From the NCBI GenBank assembly GCA_036172245.1, contig JAYWIR010000026.1, positions 2,170,001 to 2,234,000 of the forward strand: DNA of 64,000 nucleotides, written 5' to 3'. This document shows, in pieces, positions 11,581 through 25,045 of this stretch. The number at the start of each line of letters is the position of its first letter. Position 1 is the first letter of the stretch. The notes under the pieces were generated by a model. The model ran no database searches. It worked only from the letters and a program-made list of their open reading frames with translations, and was not told the DNA's origin. This DNA comes from Raillietiella orientalis (lineage: Eukaryota). Made by a program: the position numbers and the translations under genes.

Positions 11581-14500
11581 CCCGCCGTTCTCCCCCCCCT
11601 CTCCCCCGCCCCGTCCCGCTGCCGCCGCTCCTCCCCCCCTCCCTCTCAGGAGAGCGCGCACACCTTCGGAGCAGGGCAGGAGAAGAGGGGGAGCAGGGTG
11701 CCAGCCCGCCTCGCTTCCAGAGGGAGGCACCGGAGGCATCCTCTTCCCCTCCTCTCCGGCGCTTCCCACAGCCTCCCGGAACACTTGCGGCGGATCCCGA
11801 TGATTCACGCGCATCTTCCACGCGGCAGCACCCGCCGAGGGTACGCGCTGCTTCCATTCCGGGGAGACCCCGCCTTTTCTCCTCACGTCTCCTCCCCCCT
11901 CCTTGTCTTTCGGAGGCTAGGTTGCAGCCGCTGCTGCTGCGTGAAGAGAGCGCGAAATGCAGGAGACGCGGGCTGTGGTGGCAACCGGACGCTCGTGCCG
12001 TCAGCTGCCCCTCTTCCCTCGATCGACAGAACCGACACCAAGAAAAGGCGATGGGGCGAGCCGGGGAAACAAGGAACCTTTCCGAGGAGACGGTGGCTGG
12101 AGAGAAGTGTCGGAGAGTAGAAGGTGCGCATCGAAACAAAGCAAACCGCGCGCGCGAGTGAGGGATTTGCCCCCAACCCCTCCCGCTCGTCCCTTCCCAG
12201 TCCCCATCCGCGCGTTCAGGCCTGACTGTCGCCGCCGGACGAGAGGACGAATGTGTGAGGGGTAGGGGGGAGCTGCGGGGTGCGAGGTGCCTGGGCTATG
12301 GGATGTTGTGCTTCCCCCCCAGACGATCTCCTGAGTGTCCGAGAGCCCGATAAGGAGCTCCACCGATGCAGGGAGTTCAGTGACGCTGCAGTGCTTCGGA
12401 TGCTGCGCGACGTCGCACCTGCAAGAGGGAGAGGGGAAGAACAGAGGCTGCTGCGAAGGGGGAGGGGGGGAACAGCAGAGGTTCGTCGCTGTGCCGAGGG
12501 CGAAGGACTTCCTTTCGGAGAGAATCCGCGAGGAGGGACAATGGACAGAGAGTTTTTCCTCTTCCAGTCGAGGGACTCCTTCCGAGAAATGGCACCCTAG
12601 AACATACCGCAGTGGGATCTTCCCCCTCCCCTCTCCTGGAATTACACGTGCGCCTCGTCCGTGGGGTCTGAAAGGGACGGACAAGGGCGTTTTGCATCCC
12701 GGATTTTTCTCCTTCCGTGGCCGCATTGTCATAAGGGATCCCCTGCAGACTTTTCCCTCGCTACTTCGCCCTGAGGGAGGGAGGGCAGGGGGAGGGCAGA
12801 CAGACGCTGAGGTGGCAGGAAAAAGTCCACAGATGGGCTCTCATCCAGCACCGGAGAATGAGAGGCGAAGCACGCAAGGGCGCAACGAACCTGATTTTAG
12901 GGAGCCCAGCGGAGAAATTTGCAGGGGCAAGACGTGGACGCAGCTGTCTGCCAGGCAAATCTTCTTTAAGTGCCGAAAGAGAGCAGGCGTTAGTTACAAC
13001 GCTTCGGTGAGTGAGACGAGAGTCGCCACGGGCACCCTGAGGGGTAGGACCACCAGCCACCATCCCTTTAGCATCCAGGATCACCTTTCGACTTTCGAGA
13101 ATCACTCACTCCAGGGTCTTGTACGAAAGCCGCCGTTCTCCCAAGCGAGAGATCAACTTTCATTCGCCACTTGGCCACTTAAGGTTCCAGTAGGAGGAGG
13201 ACCATTGCGCTGGCGCTCCCTGGCCACCCTCTCGTTCAGACGAACCATCCCCTGCAGGAGCTTTCCGCACGCGTTTAACGTTCTCCTTTCGGCCAGTCCC
13301 TAGCGACAGATTGACTGCGAGGGGGCGTCCCGTCTAATTTTAGCCCCAACAATCGGATCGACCGAGTGATGGAGCGATTGTTAATTAGGCCTCTGGAATG
13401 ACGCACCTGGAACACTCCGTCGTTCAAATCGGACTAGAAGAGAGCTAATCCGGCAGTGCCAAAAATTGGGATGGACTCGTGCGAGAATCCTCTACGACGG
13501 ATGCGATTTCGAATTTGCTTTGCTTTCCTGGGATGCTCGCGAGCAAGAAAGGCCCGAATGCACACAAAGCGAGAGTGGAGGGTCTTACTCTGCCTGACGA
13601 TGCCCGCAGAGTGTCGACCAATCGTTTTCGAAGTGTTCCGTTGTTCTTGTCACCTCATGAGGATCGTGCAGAAGGCAAGGTATCCGCACGTACAGGAAGG
13701 CGAGCAAGAGGCTTACCGGAACATGCCCGTTCTCCAAGAAACGCCGGAAAGCAAGAACGACTGTCGAGTATAGTAGGCTCGACGCCGAGATCGCGCCTTG
13801 CCCAGAGCGGGAGAGAAGGAAGGGTTTTCCGGTTCTCCTCCGCCACGACGACGACTCCGAGAAAAAGACCACCGATCTTCCGGGGGTCATCAGACCCGAA
13901 GATGGGTGCATTTCGCAGACCATTGAGAATGAGCGCCTTCGCTTCAAATCTCTTCTCCAAAACCGCCGCTCCGCGCCACTCTCGCTCAAATCCGGGAGCG
14001 AGATCCTTCGAACGGCACCGCGAAGATGAGTCTCCGGGAGTGGCACAAGTGTGGGCTCCCAAACGGATGCGTAGATGACGGTACATAAGTCAGGGTGCTG
14101 CGAACCAAGACGGCTTCGCGTGATTCGGATAGAGCAAATGTTTGGTCGGGAAATCCCGAGGAATAAGGATCCATTCGAACGCCCATGATGTTCACGAATG
14201 ATGTTGACCATGGATGAGCACGAGAGGGAAGCAGTGTTAAGGGTACTGTGTCAACGGAAACATGACAAAGGGAGGAGGCGACGGAGTATCCGCCGCTCTG
14301 AAGCCGGGCGAAACACGTTCAGCGCATCAAGTATTCCGAGTTGCGTTCTTACGGCGGACATGAGCACGCACGGTGGCGGTCGTGACACGATTTCCCCGTG
14401 GCTCCCACGTAAGAGCGTCACGTCGAAGCGGCGCCGTCGCTACCTACGAAGGCATCGGCGTTCCCTTGGAGCTGGCATGCGCTAAGCGCGCAGCTTTCCG

Positions 14501-17500
14501 CATTTTCCCAGCTTTCGGGCGCTTACTAGACTGTTTCTGCCCCGGGGTTCCTCGCTCACTGATTTCAGACGCTAAACTTCGGAAGACGAACAGAGCGATG
14601 GCAACCCATGCGGAAGAACGTTCCAGGAGGTTATTTCGGCTGTGTTCCGCGCTGAGGAGAACTGGTATTCCAAAATGAAAGAGCCTTCACGTAGAAGAAG
14701 ACGAGAATGACCGCAACCACCCCAGTGACTATACTAATAGCCCCGGGAGGAAACAGTGGACGCCTGCACTGCACTTCAGAGTGAGCAACTGGACTTTTAA
14801 GAGGGAAGAAAACCTCAAGTCGGCGGTGGACAAAGAGCGGGACGGATAAAACCAGCATAGGCCCGGAATTCTTCGGGATGATCCGGCGCACCTCACGGTC
14901 CGACTACCTGTAGAAAATACCTTTCGCGACTTCGGCGCAAGGGTTCGAGAGTTCGAAACTCCGAAGTTCGCAGCAGAGGAAGAAGGTTGTACATCCAGTC
15001 TGCTTCTGGTGCCTCGGAAACCTTATCAGACCCCAGGGATGCCGACGCTACTGACAAAACTGCCACTTCTCAAGGACACTTTTGACTCGCGCTGAAGGCG
15101 TGCTCAGGAAGTTCGCGTTGGAGCACCAGGAGCGCACGAGTGGCTTCAAGGGGAAGACGCGAAGGAGGGCGACGACGATGCACTCAAGAAGACCGTGAGA
15201 AGGTTTCCACTGGCTGAAGCGCTTGTGTTCGGCTCGAAGGGAGAGAGGGAACAGAAAACGACAGGAGATCCACTGGACGGTACGAATCTGCGACTGACAT
15301 TGACTGACCTCAGCAGCGGTTGAGGGCTCCATCGAAAGGTCACCTTCCGAAGACGGTTGTTAGCCCTGCAGGCGCCGCCACTTGCGTGAATTTTCCCATA
15401 GCCACACCGGCATCGAATCCATTCGGAAGATGGAGCTTCCAAACCGCAGCAAGGGTGGCAGTGGTGGAAAGAAAGAGTATTTTGTAAGGAGAGAGCCGCC
15501 TCGGTGCCAGACATGCGTTAAAGCTGTACCGGACGGTGGAACTTAAGCGCCTCGAAGCCACTGACCAAACCGAGCTAAAGAAGCGATCGCTGTACGTTTC
15601 GACCGCAGAAGAAAGGGTATCGAAGGAAGTGGGAACACGTAGGCAACATAGCAGAGGACACGGGGAAGCATGAGGAGAATAGGTGAGTGACTCATGAGTT
15701 GACTCTGCTCTACTGTGGTAGGATGGCGGAACACACGAGCATGCGTTGCCATGTGTACAAAGGGAAAACCAGTCATGTCATTTGTTTGGTGAACCTGACA
15801 AGGCAGCAACTCGACGCGCTTTGCTGGTGCCATCGTTGAAGATAGGGAAACAGGCCCGGTCCGTCCTCAGGAAACGATCTAGGTGACAGCTGGTTATTGA
15901 TTACTTCACCCTAGGCAATAGAGAAGGTGTTTCTCTAGCAGAATTCGTAGCAGCCGAGCTGCTAGGCGCACGCTACGTACTTTTGAGTGACAAAACGGAT
16001 TTGAATTTTTGAAGAAGAGTTGTAGAAAGTGCAGTCAGTCTCGTTCACGCACGAATAAGCGTTTGGAGGGGCAGACTCTCGCGATTCTGTTGGAAAAATT
16101 CAGTGTGAAACTCCCTGGGTCAGAGTCAAATGGCGTTTTTAAAGCGATGCGTCCCCAGCCTGGATTTCTGCTTGGGTTGCTCTCCCCGCTGCAAAGTGGG
16201 AACGGTCAAAAGCTGTCTCTTCCGCGATGTTATGGGTCTAAGCATGTGAAAGATATTTGGGAAGGATGAGCGGGTTTTGTACTCTCTGGACCCAAACCCC
16301 CAAGCTGGAATTCTTCACTCACCACGGATACTTACTTCCCCATCAACCAGTAGTTTTCTTCCACTTTCACATCGACTTTGGTCATGAAACCTCAGGTTGG
16401 ATGATCGATTCGTCAACGCACTGGCATCGGGGAAACCCAGAATGCATCTTTCTCATGCAGAGCTATAGTGCGGTACACTTCAGTCAGTTCATCTGCATCG
16501 TTTAAGAAATTCAAGTTTCCTTCCCCCCAACAGAAGCACAAAAGAAAGAAGTCACAAAACAACCCCAACAACAACAACAGCAACAAAAAAAAAAAAAAAC
16601 AGCAGAAGCATTCGAGATAATCAAACGCGGTAAGCAGCGCTCTTCCCGGTTTGAGCACCTCTCCTATACTCGAAATATATAGCGTCTTTCCAGCGTGCTG
16701 CCAATCCTTTATGAACCATGCCTGGAGTCCATAAAGGACCATCATCACCACAAACGATTGCCGTACATTCGAGGATGCTGCTGCTCAGTGATGCAAAGAT
16801 TCGGATGCCGATTCCGTTGAGTGAGCTTTTCAGTCTGGAAGGATGGAATCGGTAAGGCGTCTGGAGGTTCCATATTTGCTATAAATTAACACTGCTTTGG
16901 TAACAGGTACGCCGTGGGACAGCTTTCAGCACGCACCTGCCTGAGAGCCCAGTCTGTTGGACCATGAACTTGAGGGGCTGCTTTTCAGCAGCGGATGGAA
17001 TAGGAAAAAAAAAAAAAAGAAGAGATGCTGATAAGTGGCCGTGCGCATGCGAAATCACAACGATGCTCGTGTCCAAGTTCCTGCTATGCTGCTGCTGGTT
17101 ACTCTGTTCTCTCTCCTCTTGCGATGAATCATAACGTTGGTGAAACACGCATGCAAACACATGTACACATAGAAGGAGCTGGAGAAAATTTGAACACGGC
17201 GGGTGGACTCCCCTGTTGCTTGTGGGTTCCCATCGACTTCCAGAATGGACTTCGCAACTGCCTCACTAATTTTCTTTTTTCTTTTCGAAAGCGCTCTACA
17301 GTGTTTTCCCTGTTCTGCCGCATGACTCAATGGTGCTTTGGGAATGGGAAACTACCACCTCTGTTTTTAACTGACGATGCTAATAGCGATCGGCGTGCTC
17401 ATCACTGCACCTCAAGCAGCCGGCAGGGAACCACTGGGAAGCGGAAGCATTGACCGAAGTGACGCTCTTCGTGTCTGGCGGCCCTGAGTGCGGGGCTTGA

Positions 17501-18482
17501 AATGGTCCAGTAGAGCAACCTCACCTTCTATGTGAAAAATATACGTCTGACATCTTGAAAAGCGAAGTTGACTTCCGGCAGAAATTCCTCGATGCTTCAT
17601 TCGTTACTTGAGGCTCAAGAAACGAATCGTGATCAAGGAAAAGAAAACTGCGATGTGCAGCAAGAAAAATTGGACTGTCGGGAGGGATCCTAACATCCAG
17701 CTCCCACAAAACGAGATTCTGATCCCGTTCCTCCGCAAGGAAAATTGTGCGCGGTGTACCTAAGGAAATACCGTGCTTGCCAACGTACACAGGCAAAGCG
17801 GACGTCGCCTGGACGCTCTGATCACGATGGCTTGCTGATGGCGAAGGAAACTTGAAAGCGTGCTTCCATTTTTTGGCTTCCCTGATGTGAACCTCGGAAA
17901 GACTGCACAATTCAGCATCAACTGGAAGCGATCCTTTCAGCATTGCTTCCAGTTGAGGTTTAAAGGTTGCTCATCGTAACGAATCATAAGCGGAAGAAAG
18001 GTGTCAGTTGCATCGAAGGAGAAGCAATCACACACTTAATGACCGTACGATGTCGACCAATAATGGAAGCATTTCTTTCACATGAGAAAACCGAACATCT
18101 AATCGTAAAATGTTCGGAATTCAAAGTATTATTTGCTGGCGAGGCATTTACTCCCAGATCTATAAAAACTAAAACTCAGGTTGTTTGGTGAGTTCACCCC
18201 TAATTACTAAACACTATTAGCTACAACATAATTTTGTATTTTATTTGCTGCATTTACTGTATAGCAAAGTAATGTTTGATATGTGAGACTGATAAGCACA
18301 TACCCTTTTGAAGGTATGAACAACAAAGGGTTCCTTCTCTGAATACTTTGCTTAGAGTTTGCTATAAACAGTGAGAAATATAAACAAAGTAACAAAATGA
18401 AAGACTTGTTATTCAAAATGTTGGAGTCACTTCTGTCAAAGTCACATGAATGGCACACTAATTGCAAGTCACTTTTGCAATG

Positions 18483-19962
18483 TCAAGGTAAATGAGACCA
18501 GTCAATACTGTGACGCCTGTGCTTTTCAAGGTACTGGTTGGCTTGAGAGAAATGCCTGCATCCAAAAAATCCTTTATGTGCAGATAAAGGGGATGGATGA
18601 GCACATTTCAAAATACAGTGATGTTTCTAAAGAACAACATTATTGATGGAAAAATGACAACCTGGCTTAACCTTGTTGATTAATGTTTCCTTCTTGTGTG
18701 CAAATGAACCCCACAACAGGAAAACAACATGTCTAAGATTAGTACTAACCCAGCGTATAGCAGCATCTGTGAACTGTTCCCAGCCCTGATCTCGATGGGA
18801 GTTAGCACAATGGGCTCGCACAGTTAAGCATGCATTCAGCAACAGCACTCCTTTACAAGAGAATTATGATCATAATATAAAAGAGCAGCATACCCTGCTC
18901 TGCCCAGCCTTGTAAATTGCCATGATTGGGTATCACAAAACCTGGAATATCTGCAGCCAATTCCTTGTAAATATTAACCAGACTGAAAGAACCAAATAGA
19001 TTTGGTAAAATCAAAAACAATGAAACATTACCTTGGAGGGGCACTTGTACTTTTTAGAACACTGAAGCACAGCCCTAGAAAAATAATGATTTGAAAGCAT
19101 GCACTTTGTCTTTAAAGTAGATTATTAGCACTACAATTTACTGCATATCTCAACATAACTTTAATAATGCTTACCATGTGCTTGTCCCAAATTGTGATAT
19201 GGATCTTGTCCTAAAATAACCACTTTTATTTCACTTGCTCTACAAAAATGAGTCCAACTATAAATGAGATCAGTAGGAGGTAGAACTGTATGTTGCATTC
19301 TTTCCTTTTTTAGGAAGTCACTAAGCTATTTGAATTTTAGATCAAGCAAAATGAAAATAATTTACATTACTTTAATGAAATATTCCTTCTTGAATTCACA
19401 GTGCAATGCCTGATACCATGATGGATCTATATTTGGGGATAGTGCTGCGAGTTGCTTGGAACGAAGCCGAATCTGTGCTACTAAATGATTTTTTTGAACT
19501 CTATCACTTGTAGCTGAATCTTCAGACGAACTTTCAAGTTTTTCTATTGCATCATCTTCTTTCCGAATTTTGCACGGGGCAGCTTCCTTGTCAATTTCCG
19601 TGTAGGAAGAACGTTTGTTTGGTGTATCATTTTCAGTTTTACATTCTTTATTGATAAGCAAACCCTACAACAAATGACAAAAATCAAATCCTTGCTTTTC
19701 TAAAAGTCCTACATTCAGTCCCTTTAGGGATAGTAAAACATCAATTAAATATGTAAGAAGGAATGTACAAAGAAAAAAAATGGATAAATTTCTCTAAAAC
19801 ACGTGGAAAGAACACACGTAAACACTTCCCATTTGCAGTTACTAAAAACTCACTTCTCATTCAATATAATACCTCTGTTTTGACAAAGCTGCTTCCACAA
19901 AACCTGTTAGACTTGAAATACTCGGTGATTTTCATTATATTCCTACTGGATTTGCTCCACAT
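18483..19962 (-). CDS. UNG: Uracil-DNA glycosylase (family 1 UNG), 7 exons, 329 aa
   Basis: Exons (minus): 19962-19873, 19664-19371, 19325-19175, 19074-19032, 18982-18894, 18850-18672, 18626-18483. All introns are GT-AG, phases are consistent, total 990 nt. Motifs: [57 protein letters not shown]. The first exon is less certain than the catalytic exons. Confidence 0.96.
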
Positions 19963-21809
19963 TTAAGAACGGAATTTCATTGCTAAGACTTAGACAGATT
20001 ACATTTTTCCCGCTGAAAGTCTTACCAAATATAACACGGAATTTGAAACTTCTGAAACCTTAAATTATAAATTGCTTAATTCATATAAGAATACATGCAT
20101 CATAAAAACCTTTCCATTGGTGATTCGTTGTACTTTTCATATGCTAAGTTTACACTTTGATTAATTTCATGCACAATAAGCTTTGGAAATGTAGTTTAAG
20201 TTACAACTACAGAGTTTTCATGTCAATCAGAAATCGCAGAGAAAAATCTACTCAATGTGGTAAATCTGCTAGAAGCCTGATAAACTGGACAAATTTCTTT
20301 ACATTTGCGGAATCCTGTAATAGAATGCACAGCCTCTCTTTCTGAAAAAAAAAAAAAATAGTCATTTCATCGATACAATGAAATACACCTGTATGCTCTA
20401 TAGAATTTTGCTTAGGATCTTTTGAGGAACTGATATTGAAATGATCTAAATTCCACATTTAAAATTATTTTGAGATTTTAGGTTGCATTTGTATAGTTTT
20501 TTCCGGATTATCAGATCAGAATCAGGGCATTCTAGAATTTCTAGAGTTCTATCGAGAAAGAGATGTTCTGACAACAGTAAAATCACAATGATCACACGAA
20601 CTTGCAAATCTTCCAAGCACATTTCTGGGAATTAGAATTCCTCCTAAAAGGTTTTTATTTTTTTTATTCTGTTAGAGAATTTCTCCCGACTACTTCCCCT
20701 GACCCATGTATTGAATGTCTTGATTAATTCAACTCTGAAAGAATTTTCAATAAATTCGTGATTCCTTCTGAGATGGGTGAAATGAAAAAAAAATTCGTGC
20801 TTGTCTTTTTTTTTTAATCTTTTCGAACAAATCTGAAGCCCTGCATGGATTCGAATGAAAAGATGCATTTAAATAGGGTTCCTACATTTAGAGTTACTCA
20901 TCGATTTCCTCTTGTTTGGCGACTTTTGGACAACAAAATTCTGTTGCATTTCACACCTAACTTGAATGCCACTTTTGATATCTATGCAGTTATGCCCACA
21001 CGAAAAGCATATATGCTGCGATTGAAGATGGCACCCAATCCACGATTATTCTTTCTTTTCTTGAAAAAGGAACTCTTCCAAGCCTTCTGATATTTGAACT
21101 AGTTCGATTTAACCATACCAGAAGCATACGTTTAAGCAGTTGCTTCCAAGCAGTCTTTCATAGAATCGAATGGTAGGCGATGTGGTATCCATAAGTAAGA
21201 TGTGGAAAAGGAAATATAAATTCAAGAATTTCTGTGGAAATGTGCTTTTCTACGCAAACTCCAACGTGGTTATCATTGCGTTTATATTCAGATCTCCAAT
21301 CTTCGTAGGTTCGTGGGAGGTGGGTGCTTTGTTGCTGACTCAGTGGGCTGCTCATTTATTTGCCACCAACTCCTAAGGACTCCTTTTTTCTTTGTTTGGC
21401 TCCTTTCCCTCCTAGTTGAGTTCAATCAGAGTAAATGAATATCCTCTTCTTCTACCCCAATAATGTCGTGATCCACATCAAACCTTCGTGCCCAATAATC
21501 GTTCCATGTGTACCTTTTTTGCATACTCTCAAGGAATCGGGAAATGGCGAGATATTTTTTCTGGTCCGAATATCTTGGAGAAGAATCTTGAAGACTCTTA
21601 GAAAACGAGAGCTACTCGCTTTTGAAAAGAGCTCACGGTGGAAAGTTTATGAGCTATTGAATCTTCGAAGATGAAAAAAAAAGGTGCAATAAAATACTAG
21701 AAGATACTCCCAAGAGTAATGAGTTTGAACATAATTCCACTAACCTCTTGGTATCGTCTAGATGGAAACGTGAATGAAAAAAACTGAGAGAAAATTTGGA
21801 GAGGGGAGA

Positions 21810-22950
21810 GCATGCGTAGTGTACCACCAGATGCAGTTGCCATGTTAGAAACGGAAGATAAGAGACATTTTTGATGACAGCAATAAGTCTTATGGGAAGA
21901 GTCAAAGACTAGAAAATGGAAAACAGATCTAAACGATGATGAGATTCCAGAAGGGGAAACCAAAAAAGAATTGCTATTCGATTTCAGATACGGGTAAACG
22001 AATTCCCTCTTATCTGCCAAGCCTTTTGCAAAATATATTCTCGTATTTTCCTTGAAAGATTTGTCCGTTGTGATTTCTCTCGACCTCCAGTATTTAAGGA
22101 GGAAGAGATTGATTAAGGAAGAGCAGTAAGGATGAATAGATTCCATACTTGGTCCTCTCGTCCCGATCCGAAAATTCTGAATTCCCCATTCTTTTTCTAC
22201 CGTTCTGGAATCACACGTTCGAACGAATTCGAGAAAATCGATATTTTTGACATTTGCACTGGACATAAAGATGCAACTGTTGAGATGTACTGTTCCAGGG
22301 CACCGTCGCAGCAAAAAGCGGAAGGGGATTTGGGACTCATAACCTTCGGAGAGTTAGGAACAACTATCCTTTATGAAATTACGCGGCACCGCTGTTAACA
22401 TTTGGAGCAGCAAAGGGGAAAAGCCGACTCCTCTGGAAGTCCCGACATTATCCCGGAAGTGTGAAAGCCCCCAGAGGAAAGTGTTGCATCGAGAAAGAAG
22501 AGAGCTAATATCTGTCTGCTTTAAAACAGGAAGAATGGAAAGAACTTTTCCAATACTGAAGAATTTGCGGAAGACCTCATACAAAATAATAAGAGTATCG
22601 GAGTACTGGTGCGTACAGCATCCCGATGTCCTCAGAAGACTCGTTCTGAATTTGTATGCAGATGAGGTGATCAACCGGGACTTCCTATGGCTATCACGAG
22701 ACGAATAAGAACAAGATGCTGGACCCGTTGATGGCGCTCAAACAAATGGCGGATGAGATTCGTGTTTCTTTACGGTTTTCTGATACCCAAAACTGAAGAT
22801 TGCAGTTCTGAGTGATCCAGGACTGATCTACGGGGTTACACACTATGGGAAATCCAGGAGAACGTTGAATTTTTGGAAGATGAAAACCTCTCCATTTAAT
22901 CAAGCGGATTGGAGAAAAAGAGTTGATGTCGTTGTGGGCTTTCATCGCGG
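21810..22950 (+). mobile_element. Decayed non-LTR retrotransposon (RTE-like) reverse transcriptase remnant
   Basis: One frame with many stops keeps RT motifs in order: LWEESKTRKWKT (~IWEEGKIPEEWKT), IPEGETKKE (~IPKKGDKKE), TNSLLSAKPFAKYIL (~TISLLS..KIFAKIL), EEQ*G (~EEQAGF), RKSIFLTFALD (~KPLYLAFID), VQHPDVLRRLVLNLYADEVI (~GVRQG.VLSP.LFNLY.D.VI). No intact YADD/FADD. Boundaries are approximate. Confidence 0.62.
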
Positions 22951-24991
22951 AACCGTATAAGATATTGCTTCCTCGGTGATTTCACTTTGCACAAACTGCG
23001 ACGAGCATTCCTCGAAACACTTTGTAAACTTTAGAGTGGCTCTCCAAAGTCTTCTCTTTCCCATTCCTTGCTGTTTTCTTCACTCAATTTCTCTTGACCC
23101 ACCTGTGCTCAATGGAAATTGGTATCATCAACAGCAGTGTTTCTGTCTGGAGACCACGCTCTGAAGAACTGTGGGTGCTGCAAGAGCGACGTCGCCCAAA
23201 GAGGACCTCAGCGCGGTTGTTGAGGTAGTTCCCCTGAATGCACGGATCCTTCCTGTTTTTGCACTTCCTGATGATTCGGTTGGAGGCAGGGAACATGGAA
23301 GGGGTTCCCTTGAAAGAATCGGAAACTACCGAGATCCCCTTCCAGACCCCGGGGTCGGCGTGTAGGCAGTTCCTTCCGTAGGTGGGTGCGCGGCCGTCTT
23401 CGGCACTCTCCCAGTGTTTTAGCACGCTCGGGGATTCCGATAGTGCGGTGTCCCTCGTAGGTATTTGCATAACTCGTTCCAGAGGAACGGAAATCCTAAT
23501 TTATTTATTTTTTTTCTCCATCTCGAGAAAACTCGTTCCGAGAAAACGGAAAACGGGTTTACGACACGGAGACAGAAGGGGCTGAAGAAACACTTATTTC
23601 TGCGTGTTTGTCTTTTCGAACCTTTCCTCGTGATCTGTTTGATTCCATCCGGTGGGTTTTTCGAACGAAAAGCGATCGATTTTAAATGGGCAGTAATTAA
23701 AACTTTTTTTTTCGCGGAAATCAGTTTGCTCGCTGTTTCCTCGCCGAATCTTGAGGAAGAAAAAAGAAAAGAAAAAAAAAAATTGCCACATCCTGCGTGT
23801 GAACGGTAATTTTCTGCACACGAATGACGTGTTTTATTTTATTTTTTCCTGGAATATGCGGTCACCGAGAAAAAAGCCGCGTGCGAGTTGCGCAGCGTCA
23901 GAAGTCACTTCGACCCATGCAAAAACTCTTTGCCAAGAAGACGACTTCTGCGTTCGTTTCCAGCAGGTAGAAACACCTCGAAAAAAAGGAAGGAAAAAAA
24001 AAAAAAAAAAGGAAGAAAGGACACTCGCACACTGCTACTCGGGTGTTGTGTATACATCATCACACCACCACGACGTACGGAATTGGGGACAACGAGCAGA
24101 TTTCAGAGGAGGGCGGAATCCAATCAGCAAAATTCGTTTCCAAAAGATGGATGGACACTGACGCGGGAAAAGAATTCCTTCTTAGAGTACGAAGGGAATC
24201 GCTGCTTCTAAACCTTCAGTTGTTTGTTTACTGTAAATCGCGAAAAGGTAAACTTCTATCTTTCAACTCAACCCCCCCCCCCAAGGTAATCGTTCTATTA
24301 AATGACCGACTGCCGAGCCTCTATTTTATTCTGCTTCCAATAAAATGATCGGGATGTGTCCGAATTTCATCACAGCATCCACGCGTATGTATATACGATG
24401 TGTGTCATTGTGCTCCTTACCAATCTCTGCTGTCGAAATAAAAACTCGGTTTTATTTTTCAAACTTACCCCGACAGGTCACGCAATGGACTCTTCCAAAC
24501 CTTGAAGAAGTGATTTCTTGCAAAGCGTTGCAGGTGTTTCGAAAGGGAAAAAAAAAAAAAAAAAAAAAAAAAAACAAAAACAAAGTGTTGCGGAGGAAGC
24601 GGATGGGTCCATTGTTGCCAAGGTACACGCAGTGGACACCATCCTTCGTACAGGAGAGGAAAATGGATGCACGGCAAGAGGAAAATTCTCCGGGGAACGC
24701 GTGCATTTAGCGAACGGCCGAAGAAACAAACGCATAATCGGACCCGAATCTACGGCTCGCTTTATGCCTTCAGGCACTGGTGGTCAGAGTTACCTACGTG
24801 AGTGATTACCTCCGCCGTGCGTGAGCACACGCGTCTCCCCCCGTATTGCCGCCGCTATGGTTCCGCACGTTGTGTTGCGGGCAGTGGACAACGTGGACAG
24901 AGAGGAGGAAACCGGCGGGAGAAAAAACAGTGCACCGGCAAGGAAAAATGTGTGACGAACTGCGCTCAAGGAAAATGCAATCGAAGCCATA

Positions 24992-25045
24992 ATGCCTGGC
25001 GAACAGAAGCTCTACAAGAAAGGAGCCTTTTATCACATCTCGCAG
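24992..25045 (+). CDS. Candidate first coding exon of the USP53/54-like gene (MPGEQKLYKKGAFYHISQ)
   Basis: An ATG opens 18 codons ending in a consensus donor CAG|GTAAGC in phase 0, compatible with the phase-0 exon at 27117 (…Q|VLWHL…). No homology to the Cys-box. Confidence 0.45.

Noticed and set aside
10138..13303. Long ORFs 10138..11385(-) and 12335..13303(+)
   Set aside because: No homology or splice logic; the first overlaps the miRNA hairpin and a repeat arm.
13456..16800. Possible multi-exon gene, including hydrophobic stretches such as AISIVTGVVAVILVFFYV
   Set aside because: Candidate splice sites could not be joined into a consistent frame and no family was recognised.
21158..21355. 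Minus-strand peptide NHVGVCVEKHISTEILEF resembling a LINE AP-endonuclease segment
   Set aside because: Too weak, and on the opposite strand to the adjacent RT remnant; needs an HMM search.
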